Shown here piece after piece: positions 52,695 through 64,000 of a stretch of 64,000 bases of DNA. The number at the start of each line of letters is the position of its first letter. The first letter of the stretch is position 1. Under the pieces are notes generated by a model, which saw only the letters and a program-made list of their open reading frames with translations, was not told the DNA's origin and did not search any database. Where the stretch lies: NCBI GenBank assembly GCA_964270895.1, contig OZ185440.1. One strand, written 5' to 3'. The translations under genes were made by a program, and so were the position numbers. The DNA comes from Podarcis filfolensis. Its lineage: Eukaryota.

Positions 52695-55569
52695 ATTCCG
52701 AATTTACTTCATAAGCCAAAAAGATTTTTAACTTGAGCGATGCAGAGGTGAAACGCAGAAAGACTGTTACTCATCACTTGCCACATACATTCCTCCCTCA
52801 TGTAACATTCAAGCAAAGCCTGAAAGGAAAGATAACCCTTATGCTGAGCTCTGAAGGTCAGTCGACTCGGACTCTGGCAGAGTAATGTGGGGAATTGCAG
52901 AGCCAGGAGCCCGCGGCTTCTTGAGCTATAGTATGAGGAACAGACTGCGGCTGGGAGGAAAAATGTCCTATTGAATTCACTTTCCAAGACAGGGTCAGCA
53001 GATATTACATCTATTGTCAGCTTTATAGAGTCTATTGCACATTTCTATGTACAAGGAAGCAGAAACTCCCAAGGGTAAGCTACCTGACTAAACGTCCTAT
53101 TCAGTGAGCCAGAGAAGGCTGTTTTCTGTATCAGAGATCTATTGCATTTGGATGGTGGTGGTAATAAACTGCCATAATTCCTCTCAGGCGGAAGTCTTTA
53201 TAGAGATAATTCACACTGAGTCTTCTTGGATTTTGCCACAGTAAGGATTTTCTTATTTGACGTTTGAAGCAAGATCTCTGTGGTATCAGAAGATACTAGA
53301 ACTTGTATCTGAAAATAAAGTTTGCCTCTTTCTTCATTGTGCCTCCTATTTTAGACCCTTTGTTTACTGATACCCATGGAAGTCTATCCATGTATGAAGA
53401 AAAGTAGCTACAGTGGCTGTGTTTGGATGGGATCATAAACCATGGGTTATTGTGATGGGAATGAATTTATGCATGCCTCAGGCTCACACATGCCCTGTCT
53501 CCATCCACTATGGATGAGCGGGGGCAATAAGACACTTTTCTATTAATTTTAGATTATTCAAACCTGAAAATGTGTGGTTGCTACCAATCTGTTCCTGGTC
53601 ACCATGCCAGAGAAGGAGGGAAGGATAAGCCTTGCATGGGGTTTGTTCACACTGTTATGAACAGCTGAGGTGCAGGAGAGTGGGGGAGGGGTCAATCCTG
53701 CTCAAATTTGGGTACATGGGAGAGTTCCCAAACCCAGCCCTAAGCAGGTGGGAAACTGCTTCCTTGAGACTTCACAGCACTGAATCATCTGGTGTCATTG
53801 TGATGCCAGGTGACTGACAGGTAGGCGGCCCTACCCACTTGCTAAATTTGACTCATGATAAGGATCTGGCTCATGGAGCCAACAAGGTTCCCCACTGCTT
53901 TGGAACTAACAATTTATCATTACTCCCAAATGCAATAAACTAAGACACTTATTTTTCAAAACATTAAAATCAAGATTCTTAATATTCTGCCCATAGTCCA
54001 GGAATGCAAAAAAAAAAAAAAAAAAAGGTATGTCAGAGCCTGATCAAGGCATTTTAAATGTCGACACAATACATTTTTGCCTACAGTACGGTCATTGCCT
54101 TGATAATCTCCCCAGCACTACAGTCTTCAGCTTATGTACTTACAAGTAAATATTAGCATAATCAATCGGAACATACTTTCATATAAAAATGTTTAGCTGT
54201 AAATAGCAAAGCTGTACTGTAAGTGGTAAGACATTTAAGGAGAAGTAACCTATGTGAGAGAAAAACCCAAATATATTGTGCAGTTATTAACTACTGGTGT
54301 TGTTTATAATTAGCTTCTTATCTGTGTAAGGTATTTGTAGAAGCATACAAGAGTGACAACTGAGTTTTACTTTTAAGTACCATTAATAACCTGTCTATTC
54401 CACCAGTCCTGTAATGGAAACAAGTATAGCCTGATAAATGAATGATAATTGCCCAGTGCATTCACAAAAATGCCAAATTTGCAAATAAATATGCTGATTA
54501 CTGCTATATAATAATTAGTTTATTTGCCAACTTTCAGAATTTTGACTAAGTAAATAGTATATTCTCTTAGTCATCACAAGTTATTAACCATACAGAGGTG
54601 TACTTGTAGAAAGTAAGCACAAACTCTTCATATTAGCTATAGGTGTCAATATATTTTTAAAAATCTGACTGCAGCTGAGCAGAACCAAGGCTACTTCACA
54701 CTACATTATTTTACATATCAATTCCGTGTAGGAGCAATTGGGTGCTCTGTCATGTGTAAACAATCCACATGCTTATCTCTGCTGAGTGTAACACATAGTG
54801 GTAAGATGCAGTACGCCAGAATAACCTATGTGAATAACTATATAAGCACATGTGTATTTAATATCCTTTATCGGCTTGCACACATTACCCAACAGTGAAG
54901 TAATATCTTTGAAGGAAATGATCAAAAGTGGCAAGAACCATGGTAAAGAGAGAGACACGTTTGCTAAGGTTCTGAAAGAAAGAGCTGGCCAAGGTCTAAT
55001 GGAGAGCTGGCAATCACTTGACTAAGGCCCAGATCATGCAAGGTGCAGAATTTGTACTGGCATTGTTGAAATTACCAAAGTTGTATGGGAAGTTGCCTCC
55101 AACAAACAGCTAACCCCATGGAACTGCCTCTGCACTGTTGTGTTTCAAGCAGCAATCACACTGCTATTAGCACATCTAAATTAAATTGAGTCTAATCCAG
55201 GAATACTCAGTTTGTGAACAACTGCTCAAGTGGCTGGTTGGGTGAGAACACGTCTAATGGAACTGAGGCCATGCAAATGCATAGCAGACAGCCATTTGGT
55301 TACAAACCTATTCAAGGGATCTGTTGGACTTTTATCATTCTTTTTTATGTACAAAAATGAGCCCAACAGAGTAGTCATGACTTTCATTGACAAACCATGT
55401 AACATTATCATGTGGAATGTCACTCCACTATCTGAGCCCTGGATAACTGTTATAAGTAATATCACAGCATAATGTTTGGTTATTGCAGCAAGCGGACCCT
55501 TCTGAAGTAAACTGGTATTAGAAAATATAATTAATGATCAGTCTGTGAGTGCTTAGAAAAAGATACTCT

Positions 55570-55982
55570 GATTATTAGGATCCAACATGCAGATGACACC
55601 AGATTGGGATAGGAAGCCAATGCTGCTGAAGATTTGGGATTCAATAATACTTTAACAGATTGAGAACTGGGCCAAGACTAACAAAATGAATTTCAACAGG
55701 GACAAATTTGAGGTTCTACACTTACGCAGGAAGAACTAGTTGCACCAATACAAGATGGGGGACATCTGGCTTACCAGTAGTACATGTGAAAAAGGTATAT
55801 AGATGTCATGATAGACCACAAGCTTAACATGAGTCAACAGTGTGATGCAACGACAACAAAAAGCAAATGCTATTCTAGACTGCATCAACAGAAGTATAAT
55901 GTCCCGCTTTATGTTGCCTTGATCAGACCACGCCTGGAATACTGTCCCCAGTTCTGGGCACCATAATTTAAAAAGGATATTT
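55570..55982 (+). mobile_element. CR1 LINE ORF2 (reverse transcriptase) fragment, degenerate
   Basis: gcagatgacaccagattg (ADDT.L), tgggccaagactaacaaaatgaatttcaacagggacaaa (WAKTNKMNFNRDK), aagcttaacatgagtcaacagtgtgatg, cagttctgggcacc; stops and deletions present. Confidence 0.88.
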
Positions 55983-56018
55983 GTTCTAACAGGGTTTGGG
56001 GAAACTGAGTGGACCTGA

Positions 56019-56163
56019 GGGATAGCTCAGTTAGTAGAGCATGAGACTCCTAATTTCAGGACTGTGGGTTCGAGAGCCATATTGGGTGAAAGATTCCTGT
56101 ATTGCAGGGGGTCGGACTAGATGACCCTAGTGGTATCTTCCAACTCTACAAGTCTGTGATTCT
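56019..56163 (+). mobile_element. Intact tRNA-Lys(CTT)-derived SINE with CR1-type tail (not a tRNA gene)
   Basis: Head gggatagctcagttagtagagcatgagactcctaatttcagg..gtgggttcgag follows tRNA-Lys but with a mutated anticodon arm; it runs directly into a tail nearly identical to the CR1 end at 43495-43540. Confidence 0.88.
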
Positions 56164-56234
56164 GCTTTTAATGAAAGGGCTGGTGCTGAACTGTTTTTAT
56201 TGTAACTACTTGTATGGTTTTAATTGATGTTTAG

Positions 56235-56316
56235 TATGTGTGTGTGTAGATAGATGGATGGATGGATGGATAGATAGATAGATAGATAGAGAGATAGATA
56301 GACAGACAGACAGATA
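56235..56316. repeat. Compound (GT)n-(GATG)n-(GATA)n-(GACA)n microsatellite
   Basis: Direct read. Confidence 0.95.
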
Positions 56317-57076
56317 TAGTTATAATTCTATCAATGTTTAATTATTTTTTTCTACATTGTTAGCTTTTAAAAAAATCTGTAAGCCACCTTAAGTCCCTGT
56401 CAGGGATAAAGGCATGGTATAAATAATAAATAAATAAACTGTAAAGATATATTACTTCTTATACAATAGGTTGCATTACGTTGCAAGAAAGGAGATTGAA
56501 CAGCAGGATCCAGATAAATCAGTAAGGGCATTAACAGAGAGACCAATGCAAGTTTGAGGAATTGCCCTTTAGAAATCAACTTACAGATAAAGCTTTAGGA
56601 ATTTAGTGACTTAACCAAGCAGTTGATTTTTTTAGTCTGGGTTCCTAAAGTGTTGATTTTGAGGCTTAGATGCTAATTTGCAGCAAGGATATTTTTTATT
56701 TCATACTGTGGTCCTTTTCTTAAGCATCCATGAGATTGGATTTACAAGTACGCCCAAAGCCTGTTGCCATTTTGAATGATATTAATGATCCAGATTGATT
56801 TTTTTCTTTCAGCTAAAGTGGATCAGTCATTTGACAGGCATGATAAGAAATGGCTCCTTATTTACATCAACATTAAGCAGAAGAAAAATCTATTGTATAA
56901 CTCTGCAAAGCGCACCAGAGTGTATATGGGTGCCACTTTATTTTTACAAAGGATCAGTAGCTCAGGCAGAATATGTCAGGCAACATAAGCACTAAATGAC
57001 AGCATTACTCATTTTGAAATGTCCATGTAGTCAGGGGGATTGAACCATAACCCAATATCATGCACAGATCAAATTA

Positions 57077-57271
<195 letters not shown>

Positions 57272-58921
57272 TTAATGACCTACCAGCATGTAGGTAGTAA
57301 GGTATGAGTTAATTGGCACTGTAATCAGCAATATTAAAAGTTCATTATGCAACTTTATGATTAAGGTCTTCTTTGAAGGTCTTTTACTGATGGCAAAGTC
57401 TGATTTTGTACCATCATGTATTTCAATGGCTTCAGAAACTGTAGGAATGCTTCTTTTTCTTATATCTGTTTCCTCATGTCTGAGATTACTGAGCACCTTA
57501 GCAATGTTCTCCCAAGCATTTCTCAATGTTTGCTGTCCTGTGCACATGATAAGGTCTTCCTTTCTTACATTTTTCTCTTGACTTTTACAAATGTGTGTAA
57601 TGAACTAGTTTTTCACAAAGATATTACGAAGTCCTTTCTCTGCAGTGTTAAAAACAGAAGGTCATGAATCTCTTGCCATCAATAATATGGATCTGGTATC
57701 ATCCACATAAGAAGTTACTAAAGGCCTTTCTAGAGATTTTTTTATTACGCAATAAATATGCAGCTGTTACTTGGTTGTTGTGGGGGATCCAAAGCCTTCT
57801 CTCACCTGTTGTAAAGAAACAGCACCCCCCCCAACACTTAAACAACAATTATTATTTTTTGCTGCCATTATATGAACAGCTAGTGCAATAGTGAAACTGT
57901 AGAACCCTGTAATCCTGAACTCAGACTAGAATGAAGGGGAAGACACACTTCAATCTTGACATGGGTTCGGGGTAACAGGCAGAGAGGCAGCAGCTTCATC
58001 TTCTGCAATTCAGCAACTGCCTCCATGTGCTAGGAGGAATCACCAGGCAATCCCCAGCCAGGCAATAAACAGACAAGGCCAGGATGAGCCAGCTGGTGTT
58101 ACCACAGTTCACCCTCAACAGTAACTTTATGTATATTTTCTGTGCCAGTTATGGATTGATCTGGGGGAAAACCAGACAGCTCCTCTCCTCCCTTTCTAGG
58201 GGCTCCAGGAGTCTGTTAACTGCTTCATGACATCCTGTGGCATAAAATCAGAGCCATTCCCAAGAATGTATTACATGTCAGCAGACCACATATCAGTTTT
58301 CAAAGTGTTATTTTATTTAAATCTCCATTTCCTCCAGGAGTTAAAAGCAATGTGTGCAATCTCCCCGTTTTTATCTTCGCTACCAGTGAGGTAGGTTAGG
58401 GTAAGATGCAACAATTGGCTCAAGCCCATCAAGTCAGCAATGGGTGTGAGTGGGTGCCATATACTTGTTTAGCCAGCGTGCAAAATGAACTGAACGGAGG
58501 CAAGTCATGTTGGATGTAATAGCCAAACCATAGTTAGGGCATTAGATCTAAGCCAGATTCCCAATTCTGGTTTCAAGGGCAAGTTGAAACTATAGTTTGC
58601 TAATTTGGATCTAACAATGACCTAAGGTCTGCCAAACAAGGAAATCAGGGTTTGAATCAGAGTACACAAGGAAGCCAGGTGGAGGAAGCATGCAAGCCTA
58701 AGAATAGCCAAAACCATGGTTTGACACTGTGTATGAAGCAACTCATTGCCTGCATAAATGATTTGCATATGTGAAATATCAATGTATTACATTTCTCATA
58801 CATCTAATACATTCAGTCAAGGTTGATTTACATGTTCCTTTAGCGTGTCCATGGCCAACAAGGGCCATCTCTGTAGCTAACTGAGAAGAACTGGTTGGAG
58901 GACTGTCTTTAGCATACGCAC

Positions 58922-59328
58922 CACTGGCGTGCAAAGATCCGCCTAGCGCCCCCAAATTTAGTTTAGCCACCCCCAATTTTTTTGGGGGGAGGGCGAACTC
59001 AAAGTTGTTGAACTTTTTCTGGGAATGGGGAAGCCAAAGTTGTTGACCTTTTTGGGGGGGAGGAAAATTGCTTGTCTGTAACAACGACACAGCGGAAATA
59101 ACTGCTTTTGTTTCCTGACTCATTGGGAATATTTGACACTACGAAGTGACAGAGCAACGGGGGGGGGGGCGTGGACTTTCTCTCCATTGCTTTTCACTGC
59201 CGCCGATTAAGAGGCACCAGTATATAGTAGGTATACATTTGGTGCCCCCCAGGGTACATTTGGTAACCCCCAGAATTCGGTGCCAGGGTGCCCCACACCC
59301 CTTGCACCCCTGGGTAAAGACGGCCCTG
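58922..59328. mobile_element. GC-rich hAT-like non-autonomous element
   Basis: Right end gtaaagacggccctg; internal direct repeats caaagttgttga.ctttt (59000, 59035) and ggt(at)acatttggt..cccc; left end weak, no TSD. Confidence 0.5.
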
Positions 59329-59344
59329 TCGGGTTGCCTTCTGT

Positions 59345-59490
59345 ACAACTGTGACCGGGGCAGGAAACCTGGTGTCCTGTCGATGTTCTGAACCTCAATT
59401 CCCATCATCCCTGCTGAATGGCCACATGGGCTGGGCTGATGGGAGTTACAGAACAGTATAGTTGGAGGACATCAGGTTGCCAACCACCGC
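59345..59490. mobile_element. Degenerate short hAT-type MITE
   Basis: Core ttcccatcatccctg...gggctgatgggagtt, ends ggcaggaaacctgg / caggttgccaaccaccg. Confidence 0.55.
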
Positions 59491-60892
59491 CTCTGTGCAA
59501 TGCCACTTTAGCTGCATATGCACAAATGTCTGTTTGCAGTGCTAGGATTAAAGTGGTGCTATAAGCATAACATTGCCTTATAGCAAGTCCATCCAGCCCA
59601 GTTGACAGTGTTTACTGGCAGAGGCTTTCTGGGGTCTTGGGCAGAGGTGCTTTCCAGCATTTATCAACTGAGAGCTTTCCACATGTAGAGTATGCAATAT
59701 GCTAAACTGCAATCTTCAGCTGAGGAGCAACTATGTACTTAGTGTTTTACAGACTGCAGCTGAAGTACAAAAATAATGGGCAATACAAAGAACAAAATCC
59801 TCATACAGCTTACTTATATGGTTCTCATGTAAACTACGGCGTACTCTCAGCAGTGGTTTAAGGACAGCCACTGAACTGAGATGCATTGATAGCAATGCAT
59901 TTTTAAAAGCACAGGATGGAAGGAGTGCAATGATATTAAAATGGGAGCCAGCCTTTAATGATCTTTGGAAGAAATTAACTTGGGAAATAATTTACAAGAA
60001 CACTCTAAACTCATTTGCTGTCTTCCTTTAACTACAATATGCTTCCTGTGCAACGGGTGAATGAAACTTTAAAAAAACCCCAACCATTGTAAAATTAACT
60101 CATTTTATCAATTTGTGCTGTCTGCTAGAGTTTCCTGACAGCAGAGACAAGAGGCTGTAAAACTGATGAATTTGCATGGAAAAAGAAACCAGTGTAAGTA
60201 ATTTGTGTAAAAGGTAACACGGACATGGACTGCTATAATTCAGACACCCTGCGGATAGCAAACTGCTGCAGTGTGAGCAGTTATGGGTTAGAAAAATGAC
60301 CACACTGCAGTCAGTCTGACTTGAATGGAAATCAATCATAAAGGTACACTCTGCAGCATCCACTCTACAGTTTTAGCAGTCTTGGCCAAACTTATTTGTG
60401 TTTTTAAAAGCCTTTGCTTGATAAATTTTCATTCACACAAGACCTATGGAAGTCCAAACTGAAAGGTTAATAATGTCTTTTCGAAGCAGGTACATAGAAA
60501 TCTTGCTCCCAAGCCACTATAATATTTATTAAACAGGATTATTGAAGACAGAAAGTGTGTGGAGGGGGGGATGATAAACAGCCCAAGTCTATGCATGTGT
60601 ACTCAGAAGTAAGTCCTACTATATTCCTATGGTATTACTTTATTAATTTACTCCAATCAGCATCTGTTTCTCTGTGTTCTCATTTTACTAGGCTTAGCTC
60701 TCTTAAATCTAATTGTTCCTCATGAAGAAAATACTTTTGGAGATATACAGATATCAAGGGAGGCAGGTGGAGAAATACGTCTGCATGAACTTAGGCCAAA
60801 TACAATGTGAGAAAGAGTAAGGACATGATAGGGAATAGCAACTCATGCTATAGGTAGTATTTGTATTTGTTACTTTACTACATTTATGACAA

Positions 60893-61085
60893 TTATATTT
60901 GTATCCCACCTTTCCTCTAAAGAGCTCAAGTTCTCCACCCCATTTTTTCCTCACAACAATCCTGTGAGCTAGTCTAGGCTGAGGGTGAGTGACTAACCCA
61001 AGGTCATCCAGTGAGTTTCATGTGGGAGTGGGAATTGGAAATTTGATCTCTCAGGTCCTAGTCCAACACACCTAACGCTACACCG
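60893..61085 (-). mobile_element. MIR/Ther1-like CORE-SINE
   Basis: tatcccacctttcctc...cctcacaacaatcctgtgag...ctaggctgagggtgagtgactaacccaaggtcatccagtgagtttcatg...aggtcctagtccaacac; a more diverged copy lies near 58305-58450. Confidence 0.7.
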
Positions 61086-64000
61086 TAACTTAATTGGAAT
61101 TTAAGCACTTAAGTGCAACTTTTATTACATAGTACTAGACTCTTTTTGAAGAGATAGGTGGGATTGACCGTTTTTTCAATTGGCTTGTCTGGTTTTTCAG
61201 TTTTGGGGTTGTTTTCAGAAATAACAATAATAGTATTAATTCTAGATCAACCTTCCCCACAAAGGAGTCCAGGGTGCAAACACCAAAGTGGTAAAAGACA
61301 ACAACAACAACAACAGCAACAACACCCATACAGCATATGCAATGGTCAGGGTTTATGGGAGTTGTAGCCCAACAACACTTGGAGTGGACACAGGTTTTCT
61401 ACTACTGCCCCAGATGAACAGAACCTTTTCTATGGGTTCTGTCCTTTCCTCCTCTGCAAGACTCTAGTCTTGACCCCATCAGGCTCCAACCATGGGCTCA
61501 AAGAATCACAGCTTCTCTTAAGAAACCTTGGAAAATCAGGATAGAAAATTCTTTATTTGTAGGTTCCTAAGCACCTCACTTAATTTTTGTGGTAAAAGAC
61601 ACATAACCTGCTTCATACTGTAGCATATGTGGAGAAGGTACGACTTCTGAAAGCAAAATACATTAATCAGAAGGTTCTCTTTATAGTTAAAATATGGGTG
61701 CTAGCCATACAGAGAACTAAGAATGAACGCTTTTCCTATTATGCAATAAAATGGTCCAGAATGTGCACATTTAAAAGGTTCTACAGAATTTTTAATAAGT
61801 GAAGCAGGATCATGGTAGGAGCAACCCAACGTCATAAACATTAGTAGCACTAGGAGAATTGTTAATTGATGGGATGAAATAGCTTCTCTCCTCTGTATTT
61901 GTGTGTTTAACTGGCAATAAAGGGCTTTGTGTACCCATTTTCAAGTTACTTGTCTTTGTAAGCACCATTTTTCAACTAATCATGTAAGGGACAAGGGAAG
62001 CCTGTATCCAGGTTGTGTTTAGAACTTGGTTAACTTTTTTCCATTCCCTGGGAAGAAAGGAGGCTGGGACTGCAAAGATGTGTGTTTTAACTCTGAGGCT
62101 GAAATACACAGTTGTCTGCTTTACCTTTTTGTGTTAAAGCTTACAAGGACAGACAAAATATCATGGTAGAAGAGGAGGCAAGGACGCTGGCCTTCTGCCA
62201 TCGTAAGTCCATCTGCCAAATATGTCTATAGACCCATTATAGCTAGAAGGACTCAGCAGTTTCTTTTGCAGAAATGCTTCATTCTGGTTGCCCCCAAGGT
62301 GCAACTGAAATCTCTGGCTCAACTGAGCTAATCCCTCTTCCAGAGTGCAGAGGTTTCCACATGCTAGAGGTGGAAGGTACAAATAGGCATATGAAGAACT
62401 GGACCATTAAGTCAGCAATGATAATCTTCACTGATCCCACCATTTATTTATTTATTTATTTATTTATTGTAGCCAGCATATAAACTGGCGGCAATATTTC
62501 AAAACTAGGAATCCCAATTTTCATTCTTTGGAGTATGTTTTTGAAAGAGCAGGTTTGTAGGCTTTGTAGTTTTAAGGACATTTGAAAGAATGAAAGCAGT
62601 GCCACAAAAGATTCTAGCAATGGCTGTATGTTTTGTGACATGCATTAGTATCTGTCTCAAAAGCTTGGGTCAAAAAATCCTCTCCTTCATTTTATGATGT
62701 GAACCCTGGAGAACCTGTTTTAATTATGCTCCTTTTGCAAAGGAAGAATTCTGTTTTTAAATCTAGTTTCTTTACTAAGTGGCATTTAGGGTAAGGAAGC
62801 TACACAGAAGATGTTATACCATAGGACCATACTAAAATTCCATGTGTTCTCCAGCACAAAGACTCCAGAAACAACCATTGTCAAGACTAAGAAAGGATAC
62901 TGAAATCGAGGGAGATATGTCCAAATGTTTTGCCTCGATTCCAACCCAATGAATAGCTCACCTGTACAAAGATCCCATTTGAAATGGATATCTGGACAAA
63001 ATGAGCACACAGTAAGGTAGCTTTACTGAAGACTTAGTCTCTCCTTCAAACTCTCCTTTGATTGATGTGTGTAAAGTTTGTCTAACTGAACTAATGCTGC
63101 CTTGGGATCCAGTTTCAGCTGACTGGGTGGTCTGGTCACAAACCTTCCCTACACATGGGATACATTTCAATCACTGGGAGTGCCAGATGAATCAGCCTGA
63201 GTCACCCCAGTCCAAAGGTTCCAAAAAATATGCTACTATCAGTACTATTAAATCTTTGCCATTTTATTAATAAAAATCATTGATATATGAAAATAAAGAA
63301 ATAGCAAAAAAAAACAGTTTGAGTGTTTGTCTTATGTGATGCAATGATCAGAGGGAAGGACAAGACAAGCTCAAGTTCAAGTCCCCATTCAGCCAAGGAG
63401 CTGTCTGAATAAATGTTGGCCACTTGTCCCACCTCACAGGTTTGTTCTGAGGATCTGCATTTGAGTAGGAGACCCAAAGATATTTACCTGGAGCCATTTC
63501 ATTTGGAGAATTTTTTTTTAACCCAACCAATTTTAATGCTTTAAATTATGTTTCATGGGGAACCATGTAGCTTTTATTTTTATACACAGTATTCCACCTT
63601 GTTATTTTTTATAGAAGTGTGGCTTATAAATTTGTATAATAATTACAAAAATGTCACTAATTCTGACTATTCCTTCTCTGCTGCTTCCTACTCAGCACCA
63701 ACAGCTAGACCCCTATGTCCCTAGCCCTACTGGGATGATGCTTTCATTTTATTTTTTAACCAATTAGAATGTTCATAAGCATTTCCATAACACTTCAGCA
63801 CCTGAGACAATGGCATCGGAGGGCTAATTTAAATCAGATGAAGTCAGATCTCTTACAGTTAGCAGCTCAGGAGGTTCTAAAGGAAGGAGGCCATGTTTAT
63901 ATCAGTTTTGCTGTTGTTGTATTTACCTGTTTCACTGTGGCAAGTTGGCAAAAGCACCCTTTTCTGGAAATCGACATGATCTGTGCTCTAATTAGGCACT

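Noticed and set aside
56019-56090. tRNA-Lys gene
   Set aside because: Anticodon arm is mutated and the sequence continues into a CR1-type tail; it is a SINE head. The same applies to 7716-7762.

Overview
Vertebrate genomic DNA, AT-rich, most likely from a lacertid lizard (inferred from the Sauria SINE, Bov-B, CR1, L2 and squamate-type MITE content). The whole window lies inside the transcription factor gene NFIA (nuclear factor I A) on the minus strand. Six coding exons were located by reading the reverse complement. All have canonical AG/GT boundaries, and their sizes (118, 128, 129, 179, 166, 92 nt; 812 nt in total) match mammalian NFIA exons 5-10 as I recall them. They splice into one open frame encoding the Ser/Pro-rich C-terminal region. 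The DNA-binding-domain exons and the terminal exon were not found and should lie outside the window. Almost all entries in the ORF track are non-coding chance ORFs. The introns hold many transposon relics, several with clear TIRs/TSDs, one three-level nested insertion, an LTR-like element antisense to NFIA, microsatellites and enhancer-like motif clusters. I found no evidence of a new multi-gene system. The best leads concern NFIA splicing and regulation: a CpG-retaining segment in intron 5 with a 17-nt exact copy of exon 5 between plausible splice sites, an in-frame alternative donor in exon 8, stop-introducing upstream acceptors at exons 7 and 9, a C/EBP+TATA cluster before exon 7, and a 59-bp-arm fold-back. 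No alignments or database searches were run. Repeat family names and comparisons with human sequence are from memory and need checking.
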